A stretch of DNA of 61,693 nucleotides, filler included, from Diploschistes diacapsis (taxonomy: Eukaryota): assembly GCA_023645945.1 (NCBI GenBank). It is 4 parts of 4 records of this genome, joined end to end, with 100 filler letters (N's around TTAATTAATTAA, not from the genome) between each part and the next. Parts side by side here need not be neighbours in the genome. Positions count along the whole stretch, not along the records: positions 46,376 to 61,693 come from JALAIB010000556.1; 3 more parts are not named here. One strand, 5' to 3'. Below the pieces are notes generated by a model, which was not told the DNA's origin, made no database searches, and was given only the letters and a program-made list of their open reading frames with translations. The position numbers and the translations under genes were made by a program. The stretch's first letter is position 1. Each line of letters starts with the position of its first letter. This document shows positions 49,205-60,756 of the stretch, piece by piece.

Positions 49205-50269
49205 ATGTCTTGCCCGGATTGCTTCAGCGGCCATGCTCACTCGGGCACTCCCTTGGGCGAGGTAAAGAAGATCCACGGAAGGGATACTTATGTTGCTGAA
49301 CCAAAAAATGGACAATCAGCAAAAGGAATCATCATTATCGTGCCTGACGCTTTTGGCTGGGACTTTGTGAATAATAGGATACTTGCGGATCACTATGCCG
49401 CAGCTGGGGATTTCCTCGTGTATCTCCCAGATTTTATGGACGGTAGGCGTGTATTATGTAGAAACGGTGTAGACTGACCATTACGCATAGGCAATGCAGC
49501 ACCAACCTGGGTACTAGATGTCATGCCTAAGGCGCTGGCACAAGGCGACTGGCTTATGAAGCCGTAAGCGCAACGTTCACGCAAGGGAAATTGAGGTCTG
49601 GATGCTGATTTCTATATAGATGGTATTACTGCCAGCTAGCGTGCGCGTTCATCCCGTTCTTCTTTCGTAACGGATTTGCTTCTTCTTGGGCCAAAGTTGC
49701 ATCCTTCTTCGAAGCTGTGCGGAATAACGAAGCTGCATCTTTACCTATTGGGGTTGCCGGTTTCTGTGTAAGGCTCTCTCCAGAGTGTATAACTTGTTTG
49801 ACTTATCTGTCTCAAGTTCCACCAAGTACACAACGGGAATTAGACAACATGAACTGACTTATATTGCTTCTAGTGGGGCGGCAAACACACCTTCAACCTA
49901 GCTCACGAGAAACCAAAGTCCACAACGGCGAACGGCAAGCCGCTAATTGACGCTGCATTCACAGCCCATCCCAGCAACATCGCGATACCGGCCGAGGTCG
50001 AGAAGGTCCGCAGACCGCTTGCAATAGGTATCGGCGATAGGGACATGGCATTAAATATGGACGGTGTCAATAAAATCAAGAAGATTTTCGAAGGGCTTCA
50101 AGACGTGGAGACGGAAGTCATAGTTTACCCAGGAGCTGGCCATGGATTCTCCATCAGGGCTGATCATAGTATGGAAGATGGCCAAGCTGTCAGGCAGGCT
50201 ACCGAAGCAGAGGAGCAGGCCGTTGCCTGGTTCAAGAGGAGCTTTGAGAGGGCTGGATATAAGCAGTAA
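49205..50269 (+). CDS. Dienelactone hydrolase family protein
   Basis: MSCPDCFSG, PDAFGW..NNRILADHYA, PDFMDG, nucleophile motif GVAGFC|WGG, AHPS, YPGAGHGFSIR. Three introns. Confidence 0.92.
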
Positions 50270-51363
50270 AGTGCTGAAGAAGTGGGATAGAGCCTGCATG
50301 TAGTAGGCATAAGAGCTGGCTTGACCTAGCTGTTTTGATGTTTGCGCTTTCCTCAACTGAGGTTTTCACGCGGGTGTTCGACCTTTTCCAGTCAAGGTTC
50401 TGGGTTGCACGAGCTGATTAAGTGTGCGGATAGCTTTGCTGCCAACGAGTTTCACGTCTCTATATCTGACAGCCAAAGGCCTTTAAAAATATGCGCAGCA
50501 TGTTGTGCAAGGTATGCACGTGAGAGTCTTTGCTCTATAAATCGAGCCGTGTACCTCCATATCTCTGGGTCAGCCGCTAGAACGCCACGATCTGCGCTCT
50601 GGTGGTGTATTCAAGTGCAAGGAGGACGGATATTGGGCAAATGCATCTGAAGTTGTTGAACCTAAAGCGTTGGTGTCCGATGTGCGCTGTTGACGGAAAG
50701 TATGCTAGTAAAAGCATTTCTCCATGTCGACGCTCTGTTCTCAGTTGCATAGCGAGGTTTTCATCTGTAATGCCGAGGCTGACGGTATGTGAATAAGTTG
50801 AGGTAGCATGGACCTGCAAGGAAGCGTACAGGGTGGAGTGACACAGCATAGCCACGTTTTACGTATATGGCATAAGAGAAGTTTTTTATATGTAGTAAAC
50901 ATTACTCTCGGGACGTTTCCGGGACCCGCTAAGTAAGCCCGAGCGCGGACGACCCCTCCGACCGAGGACCTCATTTACAATTTTTCAACTCTAATGTTGT
51001 GCCGCATTATTCTTTCCTGTTTATGAGCGTTTTTTTTTGGAGTTGAGTATTTTCTTCCAGCGCGGTGTGTTCTAATGTCATGACCGTACGGGATTAGTTT
51101 CTAATCGTGGGATTGGAAGGCTTCAGCTTTACGGATTGCCGAAACTCTACCGAAGGCCGTTGAGTTCTAAGGCCTGTGGAGGATGTGCACTTCAAAACTA
51201 TCATTTAAAATAGAAACAATATCATCGTCTCTCTTTTCCCATCCATCTTTCCATCGTCAACAATCTCCTGCGTTATTTTTTGAAATATCAGGATATCTCT
51301 TACTTTCCTTTAGCTGCCATCGGCTGCTTCCTGCTTTTCCTCATCCTCTCTCTTCTACTCAGT

Positions 51364-52732
51364 ATGGCACCCCTTAATATCCGATAGTCGGCTGCAGCAT
51401 CGCCGGCCCCACCCTGGCCGCCTTCCTGCTCCTCTCTCCGCTCCCGGCCTCTGAGAAGCCGCGCATCACCATCCTCGAGCGGTCCTCCGGGTTCCGCATG
51501 CAGGGCCAAAATGTTGACATTCGCGGCGCCGGCGTCACCGTTATCCGCAAGCTCGGGCTCGAGACCGTGATCCGGGCCTCCACTACGGGAGAGGAGGGCG
51601 TCAAGATCGTCGGCGAGCAGAATCACGTATGGGCCGCGTTCGAGGCGGACAGGAGTGGGAAATCCCAAGCGCCCACGAGCGACATTGAGATTCTCAGGGG
51701 GCCGACTGGCGGAGATTTGCTATGAAAGGAGCAATCTAGTGAGCGAGGAGGTGAAGAGGGGTGGTGGAGCGGGGATTGAGTATGTGTTTGGGGATTACCT
51801 TGAGGAAATAGAGCAGGATGGGAGTCAGGTGCATGTGCGCTTTGCGAAGAGCGGGGAGAGGCGGAACTTCGATCTGGTGGTTGGCGCGGACGGGCTGCAG
51901 GGTCAGACGCGGAGTAAAGTGTGGGGCCCGGAGGGAGAGCAGGCCAGGATCAAGCGCCTGGGGATGTATATAGGGTTCTTCAGCATGCCGAAGGGGGAGA
52001 CGGATAGCATGTGGCGCCGCTGGTTCCATGCATCTGGGCGACGGGGAATCATGTTGAGGCCTGATAAGCAGAGGGACAGGACAACGGGTTTGTTGACTGT
52101 GATCAATGAGAAGGATACGAGATTGGTGGAGGTCGCAGCCAAGGGCTACAAGGGCGTGGAGGCGCAGAAGAAGCTATTGGCGGAGTACTTCCGGGACGTC
52201 GGGTGGGAGAGCGAGAGGATTATTAAGGGAATGATGGGGACGGAAGATTTCTACTACGACATGGTGGCCCAGATAAAAATGAATAGCTGGAGCAAAGGAA
52301 GAGTGGTCCTGCTGGGCGATGCTGGGTAAAGTCTCCTCCCTTGACCGCCACGGTCATTCTTCAGTGAAGCTGCTGCTGACTGCAAAGATACTGCGCCTCA
52401 ACTATCTCGGGCATGGGCACAACACTGGCCCTGAGCGGCGCCTACAACCTGGCTGGTGCTCTTTTACATCACCCGAACGATCACACAGCGGCTTTCGCCG
52501 AGTACGAGGAGACAACGCGACCCCTAGTCAACCGCGCGCAGAAGCTCCTCCTGGGACACCTTACCTTATGAATCCAGAAACTGCGTGGGGTATCCGGGTA
52601 ATGCGTAACACGGCATGGTTCCTAGTCTGGTCTAGACTAGCTGCTTTGCTATTCATGTTCGCAGGACCGCCGGCAAACGCTGTGCCAGTCGAAGAGTATG
52701 GATTCACGCAGCTGGCGGGATTGAAGATGTAG
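51364..52732 (+). pseudogene. FAD-dependent monooxygenase (FAD_binding_3 type) with three frameshifts
   Basis: MAPLNI is followed by a 1-nt deletion giving TAG at 51385, then IVGCSIAGPTLA and GQNVDIRG. EILRG/RLAEIC is shifted near 51700. DLVVGADG and GRVVLLGDAG|YC..GMGTTLALSGAYNLAG follow, with a third shift near 52550. Confidence 0.82.
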
Positions 52733-54747
52733 AGAAGGGGTCGTTCCGGAGCTGGCGAAAGCGATGCGCTTTTTGCCTACGAAGAGCCAAATCTGTTTCT
52801 TGCCAGTGTAAGATGCATTCCCAGAAGAGACGAGATGCAATACATAACGAGCAGGGGCCAGCTATGCAGCTGCCGGGATCGTAAAGATCAAGTGGGGCCT
52901 GTGTTTAGAAGCCAATAATGTTGAAACGACGGAGATAAGCACGCGTCATTCAGTGCAGTATAGTTAAGAAGGCATTAATGCTAATGCACTTGTGGAGCAT
53001 GCAGAAACGTTATTAGTGGCAGGATTGCAACTGCATAAAATTTACTGAGTCTGTCTGACCAAAGGTATTCTTGAGATTAATCATCCGTACACGAGCTTTC
53101 ATCCAAACAGCATCACTACGTTGTAGCGCAGTCCAGATGTTAGCGCATCCAGCTGTTTCTCGCAAACACGAAGCCAAAAGATCGTAAGCGCGCTAATACC
53201 TGAGCCGCGCTAGACGCTACACAAGTTCTCAGCCCTCCGTCATGCCCCAATTTCAAAGTATATTCACTTTTGAATAGGGCTACTATTGGCTCTTCATTGA
53301 AGCCCAAGCTGCTTAGTATAGTCACGTTAGCGCTTATGTGCTAGGACCGGGACACGGCTGATTGGCTGGTAAGCTATACAGCAAGGGGCAGTGCACTGGC
53401 ATGGAATAAAAAGCTTTCATGCTTCGGTACGCACTGATCAGCAGTCAACCGTGTCAAGACTGGGTGCACCACTGCACCAGAGGTCCAGAGGTGCGTGCCT
53501 GACCAGACTGAATGCTTTAGGAAGGTGAGTCTTGCAGGGCGGTAGCTTTGGTACCACCATGCACTCGAGATGCTGGCTAAGAAAACCGACTAATCTTCCA
53601 CGAAGTGAACCCCCTCTGGATAAAGGTTAGCGCCCCGGCTAGTTGCGCGCAGGGGCCTTTTTCACCACAACAACGAAAGGAACCCCCAGAATAAAGAATA
53701 AAGGAGTAAAGGGTTAGCGCTGATTAGTGTGGCGCCATACAACGACTTTTGATCTATTCTGTCAGGACACGTTGGGCTTTTTTTTGTATGGCGCCAACAC
53801 TATCCTGCTGGCTACGTCGTTACACACTCGGCACTGCTGCTGCTACGAAGTGACCCCCTGGAACAAAGGGTTGGCCACACAAGCTGGGGTCTTTTATCAT
53901 ATATCTATACTACTTCCTACAGCTGACCTGTCGTCTCCTTTGGATCAGGGGGCGATCCGGGTCCAGAATCTTAAATCTTACTCACCTCCATCCAACACAA
54001 CTTAAATGCATGCCTACTCACTTACCAGTTACCAGTTACCAGTTACCACTTCCTGCACACAGGGCTACTGCACCTTTCTGCAGCATCCCGTGATCCGTGA
54101 ACTCCACAAGACTAATAAGTGCAGAAAGCATATATTGTTCTTGTCATCCTTGATTACCTATACATCTCACCATAGGTCCCTGTCCGGCACTCACTCGAGA
54201 GGGCCTCAACGCCATTGGGGACCTGCATGCCCATGGATGCGCCATGCCGTACCAAGCATCTTTCTACTCCCAAATGCTACCGTGCGTTGTATCTCTCTCT
54301 CTCTTTCTCTCTCTCTCTTACAATCCATCTCGCTGTGGATCACGGCTTGTCCATGGTACTGGGAACCAGCAGTTATTTGTCTCCGTTCGGCGACCTCGAA
54401 GCTGAACCTAATAATACTCTTCATGCTTGTTTCTCTCATACGAAGTGATTGTCTCCCCTCTTCACTTTCTCCCTTTTTCGAGGCCAAGCAATTGCCATTT
54501 TTAAGTTTCCCTGACTTTGTTCCCGTCCCCTTTGTGTGAGCGAAGAAAGGGCGTGACAGCCCGCAAGTCCTTCGATTTGCTCTCTTACCGATCTCTTAGC
54601 CATTCACTCGTGGAGCATACCCGACTCGCACTCTTCCTTTATGGACATCCTTCTTTAATGAATGATTAAGGCTGCCTTGCGGATTTTTCGGTCTCTTTTA
54701 GCCGTGGCGGCGTGCGTCGACTGAAATCGCTTTATCACACGCGGAAC

Positions 54748-56175
54748 ATGGCAAGCATTAACGGCGCCCTCCCAAGTACCATCACCGGCTTCACTGAATA
54801 TCAGGAAGCCCTACTCTTCACCACCGAGAGAGTTGCCTCCGTCATCTCACTTCTAGGATGCACTTTCGTTGTGTTCACTTTCTTATGGTCATCGCGCTTT
54901 CGCAAGCCCGTGAACAGGTTAATTTTGTATGCCACGTTGGGGAACGTGATGATGAACGTTGGAACCCTGATTTCGGTCAATGGACTGTTAGCCGGCTTTG
55001 ATGCGCCACTGTGTCAGTTTCAGGCATTTCTAGTTCAGATGTAAGCACTCCCATAGCACAGATTTGCCAGCGCTAGAACTTACGTCCGCAAGGTTCCTGC
55101 CCGCTGATGCATTCTGGAATCTGTCGATGGCCATAAACACCTATCTGACTGTCTTCAAGCGATACTCGCCCGCGCAGTGCAAGGCCATGGAGAAATACTA
55201 TCTCGTCGTCAACTATGGCCTTTTCTTCTTCATCGCTTTCGTTTACTGCTTTGTCTCCAACGCTGCAGGACGCATGTACGGAAATGCAGTATTATGGTGC
55301 TGGATTTCGCACGACTTTGATGCGGTGAGGTTGGTAACATGCTACGTACCCGCGTGGTAAGTACTTTTGTTGAAGCACTGGGAAAGCTCTGGGTGGCTAA
55401 TGGGTGCAGGTGTGCAATTCTCGTGTCATTGTTAATCTACATGTCTGCCGGCCGCGAGTTGTTCAAGCGGCGCCGTCAATACGCAAACTTTGGCGCAGCG
55501 CCCGGGCCCCTTCTTCCCGCCATTGAGAATCCTTTCGCCTCATTCAAGACAACCAAAGTTGAAATAACTTCCGAGCTAGCGTCCCACCGCCCCTTGGACA
55601 ACTCGAGCACGCGCTCGCAGATGGAGCTCCAACGTGTAAGTCATAACCGTCAATACCTGAGCGGCAACAAGGGATACGAGCCATATACCGTCACCATTGA
55701 GCGAGGCCTTATGGTTCCTACTCGATCGGCCGGCGCAATGAACGAAGACGAGTTGGAACTGCACAACGCCGTTGTGGCATCGAACAGGGCCGCTTGGGCT
55801 TACACCAAGTGCTGTGTGCTGTTCTTCGTCTCCCTAATGATCACATGGATCCCTTCAAGTCTGTTCCGAGCATACACGCTCGTGCATCCCATGAACAGCA
55901 ACTTCGGCATCGCGTACGGAGCGGGTTTCGTGCTGCCGCTTATGGGCTTCTGGAACACCGTTATCTACGTCACTATCAGCTGGGATGCCGTCCTTGACAT
56001 GTTTGCTGGTAATATCGATGGTCGAGTGTGGAAGCAATGGCACGGTCATTGGCTCGGTGCAAGGAAGTCACAAACTGAGTGGAAGGGTTGCCATGGCGAT
56101 AGCTGGGTGGGCAGATCACGAGGCTTGAGCCTGAACAGCAAGGAAGTCTGGTCGCAAAGGATAGGCGAAGTATGA
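54748..56175 (+). CDS. cAMP-receptor-like G-protein-coupled receptor
   Basis: ERVASVISLLG..FRKPVNRLILYATLGN..CQFQAFLVQM|FLPADAFWNLSMAINTYLT..YGNAVLWCWIS..AAWAYTKCCVLFF..TWIPSS..VLPLMGFWN; seven TM segments, two introns. Confidence 0.92.
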
Positions 56176-56559
56176 GCGCAGTGTTTCAACTGACTTCGAA
56201 AGCTGGATGCAATGAGAGGCGTGTGGCATATTTTCTGGCTTTTTGATGTTGCGAGTCACAAGCGTCGCATTGCATATTGGTGGTTACATCTGAGGAAACG
56301 ACACGCTGCATGATGATACGTGATGAAGGTACCCTGGGCTTTTTGAATAGCGGAGCATCGCGGATCAACTTGAGGCTGAGATAGTGAGGATAAATATTAT
56401 GCCGTACTTTATTCATTATGTCACCGGCTTATGGGACCAGACGTATTAGGTGACATCAACGCAAATCGTTTTAAGTTCTGGGAATCTTTGTATTACCTTC
56501 TATACCGTAGAAAGTCTCCCAGCGAACTTGTTTCTGTTTCTTTACACCGCTTGATCAGC

Positions 56560-57572
56560 ATGTCGTTACGTAGAGTGTCTCTTCGAATGGCTCGAATGCC
56601 TCTACAAGGCACAAGATGTCTATCATCTACCGCCCGCTTCCGGGAAAATGAGCGGGTCCACGATAATGCCCACGAACACCGTGATATTCAGAAGAACAAG
56701 CCATTGAACCCGCACGTGACGAATACGAACTCTACAATATCCAACGAGTTCCCCTCGTTGGGGAGGGATAAGCCTCCGCCAGACATGCTTACTTCGGTGG
56801 ATCCAGACTTTACGCCAAAAGACTCAGTGCCAGAGAATACCGAACGTATGACGAACAAGACTCAGAAGCCAGCTCCCGACTCTGGAGCCAACAAAGAGCT
56901 TGGCGTTGGTGAGATGGAAGGAGCAAGCTTCAAGGCCGAGCCGATTAGAAGGACTGGAGAGGACGCAAACACAATGCGGGCAAGGTTGTTATGTCCGTTA
57001 TGAACATCTTGAAATCTTATCGGAAATGGCGTTTACTGATGTGCCGCGCTTGCCTTGCAGATCAGAGCCGCAAGAGGGGAACTCTCGAAAGTGACCTTCT
57101 GCTCTCGACATTCGCTGACGCCAATCTGGCGCATATGACACCAAAACAGCTCGAGCAGTACGACCTGTTCTTAGATGAGAATGACTGGGATATCTATTAT
57201 TGGGCTACTCAGGAACCTTCTCCTACTTCCCTGGAAACGGCCGAGGGCGAGGGTTCAGAGAAGGCGACTGCTGCCGCTCAAGGTATAGACAAGGTTGAGA
57301 AGAAGGAGGGATCTGATACGTGGATGGATAACCCGAGTGGGGAATGGGCGCAGACGATCGGGAGGTTTAAACCTGCATACAGACCCGTACCGGCAAGATG
57401 GAAGAGCAGCGAAATTCTTGCCATGCTAAGGAAACACGTTATCGACCGGAGTGCCGGCGGTGTTCATGATTCTGACGCAGGTGTCAAGGGTAAGGAGCTC
57501 AACCAGTCCGCCAAGGGAGCCGGAGGAGGCGGGTTGGGCACTATGCCTCCGGTTCAGAATTTCGATCAGTAA
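56560..57572 (+). CDS. SDH5: Succinate dehydrogenase assembly factor 2 (mitochondrial)
   Basis: Arg-rich transit peptide; [41 protein letters not shown]. One intron. Confidence 0.94.
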
Positions 57573-57644
57573 AGTAACAATCAATCAAGCGCCGATCATG
57601 CTGTTTTCTTTGACCTGTTTCTTTCCTTCCGTTCTTATTTCCAG

Positions 57645-57834
57645 CATTCCAGTCTCAGGCGCCGGCGGGGTTGGGGCTTATTGTAGGCATTCCAAGCCAT
57701 CAGTTACCCACCACACACGTGACAATTATACTGGAACTTCCGCAAACGGTCAGCTTTATCTTGATCGAGTTATCATCCTCTAACCCCTCAGGTGCAATGC
57801 ATTGCGAGCTTCCTAGGGCATGATGTAGCATTCC
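57645..57834. promoter_or_regulatory. Three AbaA response elements and one WetA response element upstream of wetA
   Basis: CATTCC at 57645, 57688 and 57829. The minus strand reads CCGTTTGCGGA at 57739-57749, matching 10/11 of the WRE consensus CCGYTTGCGGC. Confidence 0.7.
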
Positions 57835-58074
57835 TGCAACCCAAGGGTCCTAGCAGGGCTGGGAATATCCAAACGTGATAAATGTCCCCTTTCGCGACAT
57901 GTTTGTTATTTTGTTTTGTTTTCGTACAAGCTATAGCTTGCAACCTGTGGGCTTTCGTTCCGTACAGCTACTCGATGCAAGCAACGTTGTTCTCTTTTAC
58001 CTTCTCCCTCAGGCTGGCATTGCCATAATCGAAGCTCGCCTTGGCTTGCCAGTTGCCTTTTCTGTTCAGCCATC

Positions 58075-59688
58075 ATGGACCCCAACTTCTTTGATGACAA
58101 TGGCGAAGAGTTTCTTGCAATTTCTGCCGAGGATCATCAAGATAACTTCTTTGATATCGGCTTGGACTACCGTCCTCACTCCCTCGAACCTAGCAATACC
58201 TCCAATTCAACCGAATCCAATTTCTTTGACGACCTTAGCGTTGGATCTGCTGGCCACGACTTCTTTGCCGTGGACCTTTTTACGACGCACGAGGAGCCGA
58301 TCCAGCGGACCTCAATGAGCGCGGCGGCGCCAATTCCTCGAAGCCAGAAGCTCGTTCATCGCCTGAGACCTGAAGGTGTGGCGATTTCCAGCGCACAATT
58401 GCTTGCATTAGAGAACAAGGATCACGCGCCACATTCTTTCAGAGCAATTACACCCTCCGCACCTCTTCCTACGACGCCACCTTCTACACCTTTAAATCGC
58501 CGCTCGCGACCTACTACTCCGATATCGAGCTCACACCGAACGCATCGAGCCACCAAAACTAGATCCGGCGCTGTTGCGAGCGGTTCACCCAAGATGATGC
58601 ACCCACAAGCCTACCATACACCTATGCAACAGTCTCCCACATTCAGCGACTGGACAGAGCGCTTCAAAAATGTAACGCTCCAGAATCCAGAACAGACCTT
58701 TCCTCTATCACCGCCTCCTTCCGCAAAAGTATCGCAAGGACAACAAGGAGAACAGATGGTGCCTGCCTTTGCTCTTGACCTTGCTGAGGATATCTTTGGT
58801 CCTGATTCACGGAATACTGCAGGTGAATCAGCTCTGCCCTGTTTGTCGTCAGCCAGTAGTTCCAATCAGACCGCCCAGCTCTCGCAGTCATCATGGGCAT
58901 CAGAGCTCTGTACGGAAAACTTCTTTTCGTCCGACGGCTCCTGGAACTTTCCGGGTTCAGTGTTCGACGTCAATAACGTCAGTACCACCGTCGATCAGAG
59001 CCTAGCAAACCCTCATGGCTATTTTGACATGATGGACGTCGGGCTCCCCGTCAACGAAGGCCTCATGATCGCCTTCGAGCAACTTCCAGGGCCAAGTAGC
59101 GGGAGCGGCTCCGTCCAGCCAGCCTTGGTCGAAAACATGGAGTCCACGCCCATGGATGTAAAGCAGGAAAAACAGCCTCAAAAGACACCAGATTTCTCAC
59201 GAACCAGCCCTTGGCATAGGGTACCCCGTCTCTCGCGCGCTAAATCGATCCCGGAAAGACTTGCTCACCGTGCCAACCAATCACCATCACACTCGCCAGT
59301 CCGCAACGCCGCACATAAGCCGCACCATCGCCGGACCCGATCTTCGGGGCTCCTTCGCGCATCAAGAACCCCAAAAGCCCCACGAATACCGAAAGCGCCT
59401 GCGGTCGCTGCTGGGAGTCCACAAGAGGGAACTCACGGCCGACAGAGCAGCCAAGCTCAACTCCAGAATCAAGCAGGCTTGGGTTTTGTCAACTACACAC
59501 CGGAGGACAAAGCGAAGATTCTCCTAGGGGTGGCACCAAGTGGGAGCTCAAAGACTAAAGCCAGGAGAGATAAAGAGGCAAAGGAGGAAGCGAGGGAAAA
59601 GGCGCGGAAATTCAGTGAGGCCGCGGAACGAGCGGTAATAGCTGTGGGTGGGGACATCGAAGCTGTAAGGAGGGAGCTGAGCGCGTAG
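58075..59688 (+). CDS. wetA: Developmental regulator WetA
   Basis: PLSPPPS motif and C-terminal ESC1/WetA domain GFVNYTPEDKAKILLGVAPSGSSKTKARRDKEA..FSEAA..AV..GGDIEA. Confidence 0.93.
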   Translation: MDPNFFDDNGEEFLAISAEDHQDNFFDIGLDYRPHSLEPSNTSNSTESNFFDDLSVGSAGHDFFAVDLFTTHEEPIQRTSMSAAAPIPRSQKLVHRLRPEGVAISSAQLLALENKDHAPHSFRAITPSAPLPTTPPSTPLNRRSRPTTPISSSHRTHRATKTRSGAVASGSPKMMHPQAYHTPMQQSPTFSDWTERFKNVTLQNPEQTFPLSPPPSAKVSQGQQGEQMVPAFALDLAEDIFGPDSRNTAGESALPCLSSASSSNQTAQLSQSSWASELCTENFFSSDGSWNFPGSVFDVNNVSTTVDQSLANPHGYFDMMDVGLPVNEGLMIAFEQLPGPSSGSGSVQPALVENMESTPMDVKQEKQPQKTPDFSRTSPWHRVPRLSRAKSIPERLAHRANQSPSHSPVRNAAHKPHHRRTRSSGLLRASRTPKAPRIPKAPAVAAGSPQEGTHGRQSSQAQLQNQAGLGFVNYTPEDKAKILLGVAPSGSSKTKARRDKEAKEEAREKARKFSEAAERAVIAVGGDIEAVRRELSA

Positions 59689-60756
59689 GTTTGGGGCCCA
59701 CCCGGATTGGTGATACCCCTTTGGGATGGTGGAGGAGTTCATACGGTACTGAAGGATGGTTTCTGGTAACGGTAATATCTAACATTGTTCTCTCATGTTC
59801 TTGCTACCATCTCACTGCTCTCAGCTTTGAGCGCTTGTGACTTTTTTGCTAGTTCTGCTCGATACTGTGCCAACTCGTTGTTCAGTTACTGTATCGTCAT
59901 GGGTCCACTGTTCTTTCCACTCTTTCCCAGCTGCTTTTCAACTTACCTCTGCCATCATAGTTTGATACCGTAAATTGCTCGTTGGGATCCACGCCTTTAC
60001 TTTACCAGTCCGGTCTAGAGATGTGGTATGCACAACGCATCTACTTTAATAGGCGCTAGGTTGTTGTTGTTCCTGACACTTTGATCATCTCCATCTCTAC
60101 TGTGTACTAGCGCTGATCTTTGCTCCTTTCATCCCTCCCCATATGTTACCGCCAGAATTGCCAGCATCTTGTCTCACTTACTTTTTGACAAGCTCGCAAA
60201 AGGACACCATCAGCGCTGCTAAAGTATCTCTATGCTTCCATTGTCTTCTCGACAATGCGGCTACAGAACCGCAGAACACATAGAGTGCTACTGTGTGACC
60301 TGAATTCAAGATGAGTGGCTCAGCCAACCAAACACACCGTCAATGGGTAGAGTCTTGGCATAGCTTTACAACCCTACAGGGCAGGCTCATGGATTGTTTC
60401 GAGGAGCTGATCTTCACTCACCAGATTTAAACACCAATATAATGCTGCTCCAGTCTTCCAACAGCTGCGAACCTCGAAGCGGGTCGTCTGCATCAAACAA
60501 TTACCTCTGGTATCGGCAATTGGAAGGAGTTACTTTGCTCTCCAGCACAAACAAGGGGTTCAGCTCTGCAAGATCAGCTATGTACAAGGGTGGACAACGA
60601 GAGTGGACTGGTGAATGGAATAAGAATGATTGATTTCCGGGGAGTCATGAAGCTCTTCACAAAAAGGTAATTTTAGTTTCAGAGCATCTGGTCATCCCTT
60701 TTCTTTTTTGCCCTTTAGTCTGGACTCTATCGTTTGCTGTATTTTCGAAATAATAT

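Noticed and set aside
54022..54317. (TTACCAG)n and (CT)n tracts upstream of the GPCR, and (CT)n before MET3
   Set aside because: Ordinary microsatellites and pyrimidine-rich promoter tracts.
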